A stretch of 64,000 nucleotides of DNA, taken from contig CM059433.1 in assembly GCA_030390025.1 (NCBI GenBank), forward strand, positions 15,998,001 to 16,062,000, in the 5' to 3' direction. This stretch comes from Squalus acanthias (taxonomy: Eukaryota). Positions 11,133 to 22,442 of the stretch are shown piece by piece. Both the position numbers and the translations under genes were made by a program. Under the pieces are notes generated by a model. It did not search any database and was not told the origin of the DNA. It saw only the letters and a list, made by a program, of their open reading frames with translations. Numbering within the stretch: the first letter of the stretch is position 1; every line of letters starts with the position of its first letter.

Positions 11133-14093
11133 ATGGGGAACCTGTGCAAGGAGACAGAGGGAAGGGAAGCAAGGATAGAAGCAAAAGACAAAAAGGAGAA
11201 AAGCAAAATTGGCAGTCAGAGAAATCAAGAGTGTAAATCAAACATGGCCACAGTAAATAACAATTCTAAAAGGTCTAAGAGTGTTAAAAATACAAGCCTG
11301 AAGGCTTTGTGTCTTAATGTGAGGAGCATTCCTAATAAGGTGGATGAATTAGCTGTGCAAATAGATGTAAACGGATATGATATAATTGGGATTACGGAGA
11401 CATGGCTCCAAGGTGACCAAGGCTGGGAATTCAACATCCAGGGGTATTCAATATTCAGGAAGGACAGGCAAAAAGGAAAAGGAGGTGGGGTAGCATTGCT
11501 GGTTAAAGAGGAGATTAACACAATAGTAAGGAAGGATATTAGCTCTGATGATGTGGAATCTGTATGGGTAGAGCTGAGAAATACCATGGGGCAGAAAACG
11601 TTAGTGGGAGTTGTATACAGACCCCCAAACAGTAATGCTGAGGTTGGGGATGGCATTAAATGGGAAATTAGAGACACATGCAATAAGGGCACAGCAGTTA
11701 TCATGGGTGACTTTAATTTACATATAGATTGGGCTAACCAAATTAGTAACAATATTGTGGAGGAGGAATTCCTAGAGTGTATACGGGATGGTTTCCTGAA
11801 CCAATATGTCGAGGAACCAACCAGAGATCAGGCCATCTTAGACTGGGTATTATGTAATGAGAAAGGATTAATTAGCAATCTTGTTGTGCGAGGCCCCTTG
11901 GGGAGGAGCGATCATAATATGATAGAATTCTTCATTAAGATGGAGAGTGAAGTAGTTGACTCAGAGACTAGGGTCCTGAATTTAAATAAAGGAAACTACA
12001 ATGGTATGAGGTGCAAATTGGCTAGGATGGATTGGGGAACGTTACTTAAAGGGTTGACGGTGGATAGGCAATGGCAAACATCTAAAGATCGCATGGATGA
12101 ACTACAGAATTTGTTCATCCCTGTTTGGCATAAAAATAAAACAAAAAAGGTGACTCAACCGTGGCTAACAAGGGAAATTAGGGATAGCATAAGATCCTAG
12201 GAGAGGACATATAAATTGGCCAGAAAAAGCAGCAAACCTGAGGGTTGGGAGCAGTTTAGGATTCAGCAAAGGAGGACAGAGGGATTAATTAAGAGGGGGA
12301 AAATAGAATATGAGAGTAAGCTTGCAGGGAACATAAAAACTGACTGTAAAAGCTTCTATAGATATGTGAAGAGAAAAAGATTGGTGAAGTCAAGTGTAGG
12401 TCCCTTGCAGTCAGAATCAGGGGGATTTATAATGGGGAACAAAGAAATGGCTGACCAATTAAATACATACTTTGGTTCTGTCTTCACAAAGGAGGACACA
12501 AATAACCTCCCAAAGATGTCAGGGAACATAGGGTCTAATGAGAGGGAAGAGCTGAGTGAAATCAGTATTTGTAGGGAAATGGTGTTAGGGAAATTGACGG
12601 GATTGAAGGCCGATAAATCCCCAGGGCCTGATAATCTACATCCTAGGGTACTTAAGGAAGTGGCCCGAGAAATAGTAGATGCATTGCTGGTCATCTTCCA
12701 AAATTCTATAGACTCTGGAACAGTTCCCATGGATTGGAGGGTAGCTAATGTAACCCCACTATTTAAAAAAGGGAGTAGAGAGAAAACGGGGAATTATAGA
12801 CCGGTAAGCCTGACATCGGTAGTGGGGAAAATGCTAGAGTCCATTATAAAAGATGTAATAGCAGAGCACTTGGAAAACAGTGACAGGATCGGACAAAGTC
12901 AACATGGATTTACAAAAGATAAATCATGCTTGACTAATCTACTGGAATTTTTTGAGGATGTAACTGGTAGAATAGATAAGGGAGAACCGGTGGATGTGGT
13001 GTATTTGGACTTTCAGAAGGCTTTCGATAAGGTCCCACATAAGAGATTAGCGTGCAAACTTAAAGCACATGGGATTGGGGGTCAGGTACTGACTTGGATA
13101 GAGAACTGGTTGGCAGACAGGAAGCAAAGAGTTGGAATAAACGGGTCCTTTTCCGAGTGGCAGGCAGTGACTAGTGGGGTACCGCAGGGATCGGTGCTAG
13201 GACCCCTGTTATTCACAATATATATTAATGATCTGGACGAGGGAACTAGATGTAATATCTCCAAGTTTCCAGACGACACAAAGCTGGGTGGGCGTGTGTG
13301 TTGTGAGGAGGATGCAGAGAAACTCCAGTATGATTTGGACAAGTTGGGTGATTGGGCAGATGCATGGCAGATGCAGTATAATGTGGATAAATGCGAGTTT
13401 ATCCACCTTGGTGGCAAAAACAGGAAGGCAGATTATTATCTGAACGGCAATAGATTGGGAAAAGGGGAAGTGCAACGAGACCTGGGAGTCCTTGTGCATG
13501 CAGGTGCAGCAGGCAGTTAAGAAGGCAAATGGTCAAATGGTATGTTGGCCTTCATAGCGAGAGGGTTTGAGTACAGGAGCAAGGATGTCTTGCTGCAGTT
13601 GTACAGGGCCTTGGTGAGACCACATCTTGAGTATTGTGTGCAGTTTTGGTCGCCTTATCTGAGTAAGGATGTTCTTGCCATGGAGGGAGTGCAGCGAAGA
13701 TTCACCAGACTGATACCTGGGATGGAAGGAATGACGTATGAAGAGAGATTGGGACGATTGGGCTTGTATTCGCTAGAGTTTAGAAGAATGAGAGGAGATC
13801 TCATTGAAACTTATAAAATTCTAACAGGACTAGACAGACTAGATGCAGGAAGGATGTTCCCGATGGCGGGGGAGTCCAGAACCAGGGGTCACAGTCTAAG
13901 GATAAGGGGTAAGCCATTTAGGACAGAGATGTGGAGGAATTTCTTCACCCAGAGAGTGGTGAACCTATGGAATTCTCTACCACACAAGGCAGTTGAGGCC
14001 AATTCATTAAATATATTCAAGAAGGAGTTAGATATATTTCTTAAGGCTAAAGGGATCAAGGGATATGGGGAGAAAGCAGGGACAGGGTACTGA
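11133..14093 (+). pseudogene. CR1 ORF2 (APE endonuclease plus RT), stop at 12198 and frameshift near 13500
   Basis: ITETW, YRPP, GDFN, SDH endonuclease motifs; YLDFQKAFD, GVPQGSVLGP, FPDD RT motifs. Confidence 0.95.
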
Positions 14094-14526
14094 ATTTGGA
14101 TGATCAGCCATGATCTCATTAAATGGTGGAGCAGGCTCGAGGGGCCGAATGGCCTACTCCTGCTCCTATCTTCTATGTTTCTATGTAAAATGAAAAAAAA
14201 GAAATAAAAATCGTGCTATAAAAACCAGCTTACAAAAATGTTACATCTGTTCACATTTCCTCACACTCCGTTGTCACATTTTTGTAACACTTTGTGCCAT
14301 GTTTCTCCATTATAAATACATTTATAACAGGAAACTGCTGGTGTAAGCTTGTCACACAGTAGTTACACCCTCCCACCAATAGTGACACTGTAACATCACA
14401 ATTTTGCATCTCACAACTCCTCAGAGAAATTCCTCTGCTCCAGCCAACTCTATCCCGATGCTTTCCAAATTGCCCTAAGTTTTGCTAACTAACTATAAAT
14501 AATGACTTTAAAATGGGAACCAAATC

Positions 14527-14992
14527 ATTTTTTTTTTATTTGTTTATGGGATGTGGGCCTCGCTGGCAAGGCCAGCATTTATTGCCCATCCCTAATTGCC
14601 CTTGAGAAGGTGGTGGTGAGCCACCTTCTTGAACCGCTGCAGTCCGTGTGGTGAAGGTACTCCCACAGTGCTGTTAGGGAGGGAGTTCCAGGATTTTGAC
14701 CCAGCGACGATGAAGGATCGGCGATATACTTCTAAGTCAGGATGGTGTGTGACTTGGAGGGGAACTTGGAGGTGGTGGCGTTCCCATGCGCCTGCTGCCC
14801 TTGTCCTTCTAGGTGGAAGAGGTCGCGGGTTTGGGAGGTGCCGCCGAAGAAGCCTTGGTGAGTTGCTGCAGTGCATCTTGTAGATGGTACACACTGCAGC
14901 CAAGGTACGCCGGTGGTGGAGGGAGTGAATGTTTAAGGTTGTGGATGGGGTGCAAATCAAGCAGGCTGCTTTGTCCTGGATGGTGTCAAGCT
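14527..14992 (-). mobile_element. 3' end of a CR1/L2-clade LINE, same family as 34944-38118
   Basis: ICTPSTTLNIHSLHHRR...KSWNSLP...HHHLLKGN and matching tail. Confidence 0.88.
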
Positions 14993-15154
14993 TTTTGATA
15001 TCTGTGCACCCTGCTCTCTAACCCCACGTTATTTGTAGAGTATACTTGGTCTTGACTCTCTGTGGGCAATGCCACAAGAGGCTGGTTAATGACTGCACAA
15101 AAAGCAAACGCTGCCAATGAAGACCTCAGCCTGCTGCCATTGACAGGGTGTGGC

Positions 15155-15190
15155 GGGGGGGGGGGGGGGGGGGCGGGGGGGGGCGGGGGT
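15155..15190 (+). repeat. Poly-G tract (G-quadruplex-capable)
   Basis: Runs of G interrupted by single C. Confidence 0.85.
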
Positions 15191-15765
15191 GTAGGGGGAA
15201 CTGAAGGTCTTGTTCATAATGATCATTTCTGTATTTGAGAAACTTACAGTGGGGGTGTGGTTTCAGGAGCAGTGCCCAAATGGGAAGGAGCAGGGTAGAG
15301 AATAGATCATAGGGAGTACTGGAGAGCAGAACACAGTGGAGGGAAGATAAAGAATATTGTGGGGGGTGGTGGGAGTAGAGCACAGCACAGCACAAAATAG
15401 GGTGCAGTGCATATCTGGGGGACTGGGGGCACTGTGACACAATGGGCCAGATCTTGCTGGAGCGGAGCATCTCGCAGCGTGCGCCGTTAGTTAGACTTTT
15501 TCCTGCACCCTTCAGCTCGAAAAAATTTTGTGCCGTAACTTGCTGGAAGTGCGAGGGCAACAAGGACCTTAGTGAATGGCTGGACCAACAGCCTATCACC
15601 TTATGCATTGAGACTGAAGGATTGAAAAAGAAACAGAGGAACGACAGAGAATGAAATAGGGTGAATTAGAGTCAAATTAGGTACAGAATCAATAGATTCT
15701 TGTGCCTAATTGAGATATATATGAGAGAGAGATAGACCATATAAAAGAAGGTAACACAAATCTAA

Positions 15766-17260
15766 GGACTAGAAATTCATTATAGCCCAGGAATGGGCGG
15801 TATCTATAGAAAAGTTTGAGAATTAGCGCCAGGTGCTAATGCTTTAGACTGCACGCAGAATTCATTCTCACTGCTCAAAGAAATGATTGGGGCGCTAAAT
15901 CAAGTCTTAACGGCCTAGCTCAGTGGCGTTACACTGAAAGGGTGGACCAATATCGGGTGCAGTCTAATCTCAACTCATCATTGCCACAGGCTTTTCCCAG
16001 TACTTAAAGGGGAGGTTCATTGATGCTGCAGCACCTCATTCTCGGCATTGCTGGCTGTGCAGCTGCCTCAGCAAGGAGAAGCACAACAAGGAGAAGGAGC
16101 CGGAGGGCTGAAGCAGGTGTGCTCATGGCAGATCCACCTCAGTTGGGTGGTCAGGGTGATTGAATGCTTCAACAAATGCTACATACCACCATCTGTACCA
16201 CAAGCTTCACATCCCCAGTGCTCACCCACCAACAATCTCTACTTATCAAATCTCACACCCACATCTCATGCCTTGCACACAATGACAGCTATTCAACTAT
16301 GGCAGGCACAAGGGTCATTAGTTATTAGAATGAATGTGATATGTGTGATATGTTTATGCATAAATGTATTAATGGAGTTTGCAATATTTTTTGGTCTCTT
16401 TCATTTCACCTTTGTGCCCAGGAGGATGCTGTGATATGGCATGACACAGGGATGGTATGATGGGCATGTGGTGAGCAGAAGGGATGTGGGGTTTAAGTCA
16501 TCCTGGTGTGAGGCTGGAGGTCTGTTTGGAGGAGGTGGCAGAGTTCTGTGACCACCACCTTGGTGATGCGGAGCCGTCTAATACACAGCTCCTCACTTAG
16601 CTGAAGGTAGGAGAAGTGCTGTCTGAATATCCTCGGAGGGTAAGGCCTCCTGGTGAGAGCCCTGATGTCCCTCCTCATCCCTCTGACCACATGTTCCCGT
16701 ATTTCTGGCTGCTTGCACTCCCTCCACTATAGACTCTGAAGGGCGAGGTGGCATGCCAGTACAGCCCCCAGTAATGTTGCCAAGTGTAGCAGTTTGAATC
16801 TTTGAACAATAAATGTAGCCACTTTGCCCTTGCCAGAAGACTGCTAATAAAAAAGCTTGAAATTACTCATACAAACTGCTCCACTGGCTGAAACTGACAC
16901 GAAACCACTGAAGCTAACCTGCCCCGGCAGCTGCGAGTGATTAATGCGGATGCCCTTAAATAACGTCGCTGGAGCCGGCTTCCATCAGCTGTGCGCCTGC
17001 TCTCCCTGTCGCTGTCTGGTGGAGGTGCAAAGGTAAGTGGTGACAATGAATTTTTCAGATCGGGTGCCCAGCGATCACTGACGTCACGATCTGCCTGCTG
17101 TTGAAGTCCCCGGTGGTACCTCGTACCGGCGGTGCAATGGGTGGGCCAGATTTGCTGTGCGGCGCTGGATTCGCCGCGCCCCTGCACTACTGCATTAGCG
17201 CCCCATTACCGCCCTCTGCAGGTGCTAATGGGAGGCGCTAACCTACCGAATCTTTCCCCC
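15766..17260 (-). mobile_element. Deleted Harbinger with transposase 5' remnant on the minus strand
   Basis: RRPYPPRIFRQHFSYLQLSEELCIRRLR at 16493-16690; flanks TAA/TTA; right end CCGAATCTTTCCCCC. Confidence 0.7.
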
Positions 17261-17897
17261 TTAGTGTCTAATCCCTCTTGTGACATCACCTATCCAAACA
17301 GTAATGTTGAAATTTATGGGGATATTTTGTCTGTCAGCGACATTCATTGTTTGTAAAAAAATATTATAAACTGTTTATAAAGAACAGATTTATGATTTAA
17401 TTACATACGTTTCCCCCATTGTTCTTTCATCTAAACTGTTCTTTCCAAACTGAAAGTAAGAGATGAATTGAGGAGGTAGAATTTTAACTTGCTGTCCAAC
17501 CATAAAACTGACATTGCAGATCTGTAACCGGTTATAGAAAGCACCCGATTTGCATTTCCAGTTGAATCCGCATTCTCAGAAACACAGCTTAATTTCATTC
17601 TTCCTGTATATCAGTGCAAAATCTTGTAGGCTGACAACATACTACCCATTCAGCTATCTAATCTCATAAGAACATCTATTATGTATTAAAGTCGCTGAGT
17701 GGGTAGAAATATTCAATTTTAAAATGCATTGGAAAGTCCTCTGTCATGTTATCTCAATGTGAAAAAGCATTATAAAAGTGTCAACATTTAACCTCAGTAC
17801 CAATTATGCCTGTAGATGGTGCTGTGATAGGGGGCTTTCAATCTTAAATGTCACATAACATTAGCTGCAGAAACAACAACTACTCAATAACATATCA

Positions 17898-18098
17898 TGG
17901 GGTACGATAGCATAGTGGTAATGTTACTGGACTAGTTAATCCAGAGGCCTAGACTAATAATTCTGAGCGAGACGTAAATTCAAATCCCATCACAGCAGCT
18001 GGGTGAATTTCAATTCAGTTAATTAAATAAATCTGGAAACCTTCACCACATGGTTCACCTTCTCAATAAAGGCCCACATCCCAGGAACCAATAAAAAA
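17898..18098 (+). mobile_element. tRNA-headed SINE, internally deleted, with LINE-like tail
   Basis: A-box-like TAGCATAGTGG, B-box-like TTCAAATCCC; tail accttcaccaca...cccacatccca...aataaaaaa matches the LINE 3' end at 37990-38118. Confidence 0.7.
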
Positions 18099-20074
18099 AT
18101 TACCAAAAATACAGGTTAAGTTTGCATGCACTTGTGGGCCTTGACCACAGAGTATTGCTGTGGAATAATGTAACTTTTTCAACCTCTATTGTCTTATTGC
18201 ATAGTTCAGTAAAAAAGGTAATTATTAAAGTTTAACAGTAAATGTATAACTTTTTGGAAACATTGTGCCCCCTTATAACTCTCCTGAACATTGCCCCACC
18301 TGACCCTGCCAGCTGCTTTTTCTTCATGGCTCCTGTCTCAGGCCCCCCGAATTGGACCTTGATTCCAAAGCTAATGCTTGGCAGCCGGTGACTCAATAAC
18401 CCTCCTCTATTAGCTCCCATTGCCGGTGACCCTGAGAAACTGCCATGCTCTCGAACGCCGCCTCACTTCAGAATTAGCCCATTCACCCGCCCGCTCGGCC
18501 TTTCTTTTTAGCCACCTGCTCACCTGCGCCACCCAGCTTCTGCCTCCCCATTCTTCTGCATGGCCCTAGTTTTGCCTGTCCTTTCTCGAACCCTGCCCGC
18601 CTTTCGGAAGCCTGCTTGCCTACTTTTCTTGTATTTTCTTCTTTGGTCGCTGCCAATAGCAGCTCTCCATGCTGCCCCGTTTCCCCCCACCACTCATCAG
18701 AATTTCCTTCCCCCTACAGAATAATAATTCGAGCAGTGCTCCGTCCTTGGCCCCTTTACCCCCTCCCCGCAGTGACCAGTATCTCAGATCACCTATGCAA
18801 TTCATATTGCACAAATGCCCCCTCCGCACTGAGCAGTATTTCGCCTCACTTCTCTCAGCAATCCTTTTGTCTAAAGCCTCCCCGCTCCCACTGAGCAACA
18901 TTTCACAAACACTTCCCCCCTTCAGCCCCACTCCAAGGAGATTTTTCCCCCTCCCCCCCATGGCCAGCATTTCAGTCCTGGGCCCATCCCAGAACACTGA
19001 GATTATTCCATCCCTCCCCGTCACCCCCTCAGCTGACCAACGCCGTCTCCCCGTAAGGTACACTGAGGAGATTTTCCACCACCAGTGAGTATTTCTGTGG
19101 CGTCTCCCTGCCATCATCCCCCAACGCCCCTCCCCCCCCACCCGCCCACCGACATTACATCTTTTATGTCATGCTCCCCTAATGCAGATTATATTCGCTG
19201 ACGCCCACCCCCTTCTCACCATTAAGAAGTATACCAACCCCTGTCCATCCCCCAGAAGAACAGCACTTTTCCCCTGTCACCCTACTGAGAATTTTTTCAT
19301 GGCACACTCCCCTCCTCCACAGAGCATCAAAATAAACCCTGGGAAGGTGCTCCCTGCCACTATGACTAATCATCTGACCATCCACGCCTTCCTCCTTCTC
19401 TCACTGTCCCGTGTCCACCTTCTATTTTCCTTCTCTATCCCCCTTCTCACATCCTCCTCACCCTTTCCCTCTCTCCATCTCCTATCCCTGTACCCCTCCC
19501 CTGTCTACCTTTCCCCCTCCATCCACCATCCCTCCTCCTCTCTCCTTTAAATGACACCTAACTCCACAATCCACACTCCCAATGGGTCAGAGATAAGGGT
19601 ACAACGTTGTAGCCACAACGTTCCTGCTGGCAGTGTAGGGTTGCCTAACTAGCCCTATTGTTTTGACATTGAAAGTAACCAGTCCACCATCACTCGCAGG
19701 TCCCTCTTAAACTCTTCCTGTGTTAATCCTACTCCCTTCACTGTATAATTACATTGACTTTCTTCCAATATGCAATGCCTTGCTTTTATTGGTATCAAAT
19801 TCTATTTACCATATGTCTGGCAGATTGTATAACTCAACTAAATTAACTTGAATAATCATAACTTTGTTCCTTACTCACTCCTTATTTTAGCAGACGTGAC
19901 AAAGTTACAATTGGTTTCTGCATCAAGGTAATTTACATAGATACGAAACAAGGGTCCAAACACTGGCGCCAACCTTCTCCTCAGCCACCTGATGCTGCAC
20001 AGGGCAGAGGGCGTCAGCGCAGGGCTGCACCGTGCTGCAGGAGATACCCCCAACACAGGGTTTACAGGCCGAGG

Positions 20075-21070
20075 ATGAGCTTCCTCACCATCAGTGAGCA
20101 GCAGTGCCAAAGGAGGCTGAGACTTTCGCGAGAGGTAGTCGCTGACATCTGCACAATGCTGCACCAACACCTGGAGCCCAGAGGAGCGGGTGGACACTCC
20201 TTACCAGTGGCTGTCAAAGTCACCACCGCACTCAACTTTTTTGCTTCAGGGTCCTTCCAGGGATCAGCAGCAGACATCAGCGGCATCTCCCAGTCGGCCG
20301 CACACACTTGCATCACGCAGGTTACCGATGCTCTCTTTGAAAAGGTGCACAATTACATCCAGTTCTCCACGGATGAAGCAAGTATAACCACGCGTGTGGT
20401 TGGCTTTGCAAATATGGCAGGCTTCCCAAGGGTGCAGGGCGTCGTAGACTGCACACATGTGGCCATTAGGGCACCTCATCACAACCCAGCTGTATTTGTC
20501 AACCGCAGGGGCTTCCACTCCCTTAACGTCCAGCTGGTGTGTAACCACAGGAAGAACATTATGCATGTTTGCACCAAGTTCCCTGGCAGTTGCCATGACT
20601 CGTTCATCCTGCGGCAGTCTACTGTGCCTCAGCTGTTCAATCTGCCAACCCAACTTTCTGGATGGCTACTTGGAGACAAGGGCTATCCCCTGAAGACTTG
20701 GCTAATGACACCGATGAGGAGGCCATCAAACGGAGCCGAGGAGCGCTGCAATGTGAGCCACATTTCCACCAGAAGCATCATAGAGCAAACCATCGGCTTG
20801 CTCAAAATGCGATTCAGATGCCTCAACAGATCTGGAGCCCTACAGTACTCACCAGCCAGGGTCTCCAGAATCATCGTGGTCTGCTGTGCACTGCACAACA
20901 TCACACAGCAGCCTGGCTTACCCCTGCCTGAGGAACAAGTGGCTCAGCACACAGCCTCCTCCTCAGAGGAGGAAGACCTTGCGGAGGCGGATGTGCCAGT
21001 TCCACCAGCAGGCAAGCATATTGCTGGCCGTCAGGCAAGGGATGCACTAATCCATGCCAGATTTGTGTAA
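20075..21070 (+). CDS. Harbinger (HARBI1-like) DDE transposase; uninterrupted 331-aa ORF, true N-terminus probably truncated
   Basis: [55 protein letters not shown] at 21130. Confidence 0.92.
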   Translation: MSFLTISEQQCQRRLRLSREVVADICTMLHQHLEPRGAGGHSLPVAVKVTTALNFFASGSFQGSAADISGISQSAAHTCITQVTDALFEKVHNYIQFSTDEASITTRVVGFANMAGFPRVQGVVDCTHVAIRAPHHNPAVFVNRRGFHSLNVQLVCNHRKNIMHVCTKFPGSCHDSFILRQSTVPQLFNLPTQLSGWLLGDKGYPLKTWLMTPMRRPSNGAEERCNVSHISTRSIIEQTIGLLKMRFRCLNRSGALQYSPARVSRIIVVCCALHNITQQPGLPLPEEQVAQHTASSSEEEDLAEADVPVPPAGKHIAGRQARDALIHARFV

Positions 21071-22442
21071 CTTTACGAAGCCAACACCTGTGGCTGCCAC
21101 CTTCTTAACACACCATACATCATCTGTGCAATAAACTGTGGGTTCCTATCACTCTCACCACCATCATTACAGATGAAAGGCGCCCTCACCCCTCACTGTG
21201 ACACTTCCATTTCTGGGCACACAAAAAGGCCAACTATTTGAATCTTTGCCATCGCATTTCTTTATTACAATTGAAATAACGAGGACATTCTTCACTTTGT
21301 ATTAGATCAAAACACCCAAGTGACTACCCTTGTGACTATATGTGTGTTACCTTTCTCTTACGCGTGCTTCTATGTGGTGCTTCCCCTGTGGCTTCAGCAG
21401 ATGTTGAGGCACCTTGCTCACTTTCATGCTGCGCCTACTTCGACACCTTTAGCGGACGTCCTCTGGGTTTGGGAGCCTGGGACGGCTCGGCAACAGTCTG
21501 CTCCTCCTGCGGCTGTGCAGGGGCTGAGATGGCCATCTCAGTTGGGTGAGGAATCTGGGGCTCTGACCGAGGGCTATGCAGTGGCATGGGAATGTGAGCG
21601 CTTGGAGAGGAGCCCACACTTTCTTGTTGTTGACCACCAACATCCTCTCATGGGTCACCCGCACTTCACTGCTAGCAAGTAGCTGGAGAGCACCTTTCTG
21701 CACATCAGTGGGGCCATGAGGACCCATCTCTGTACTGACAGTCCTCATAACAGGAATATCCATGTACCTCTGGTTCCTCTCCTCAATAGATGGCAATCGA
21801 TCCTCCATAGCAGACCATCTATTTAGAAGAGTCACCATGTTCATTTGCATCCATGGAGGTTGCCATCCTTTCCATGGCGGCACCTACATTTCGCCATTGC
21901 GTGCACCACGGCATGGTCATATTTGAGATGGACTCCTCCATTTTCTGCACACTTGCAGTTACAGTGGTTGCAAACCCTGTCAGAGACTCCTGCACTTGTT
22001 CCTGAAGTTCCAGCATCACTCTCTTTCTGGATGGCCCCAGAGGCACAGGGTCCACATGCAGCTGAGCAGAGCTTGGAGCAACCTGCGACCTCCGACGAGG
22101 ACTCTCCACTGCTGTCCCTGTCTCCACCATCTGCTGATGCTCACTTGTGAACTGTGATACACCAGGTGACAACACTAATCTATTTCGCGAATGACCCACC
22201 GAGGTGCGCGTCTCTGCGCTGGTGCTGGGTGCGCTCATTTCTGCTGACGCTGCTCCCTCAGAGGCTGCAGGTTCCTCTGAGGAGTCTTCCTGCTCTTCCT
22301 CCTGGACAGTGGGGAGGGGGGCTCTCGATGGTCCTGTGGGGGAGTAAAGGCCTGAGTTAGACATGTGATATTAACGTAGCAGACACATCCAATTGTGCAG
22401 ATAATCAGAACTCAATCTGTATGAACATCAGATGCCATATTA

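Larger units (their letters stand above)
9795..14186 (+). mobile_element. Full-length CR1 LINE, subfamily A, copy 1
   Basis: 5' UTR, ORF1, ORF2, 3' hairpin and (TTCTATGT)n tail all present. Confidence 0.95.

Noticed and set aside
11225..13499. Antisense ORFs over CR1 ORF2 (also 62657-63079)
   Set aside because: Shadow frames of the coding strand with no independent signal
14094..14186. SECIS element in the CR1 3' UTR
   Set aside because: ATGA and AAA occur, but the fold is the ordinary CR1 tail hairpin and I cannot see the GA/GA quartet geometry
18420..19550. Long Pro/Ser/Leu-rich ORFs
   Set aside because: By-product of C/T-rich low-complexity, probably repeat-derived sequence
20075..21070. 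Calling this ORF the host gene HARBI1
   Set aside because: It lies in a transposon context with a convergent Myb gene, a TIR and many decayed paralogues in the window
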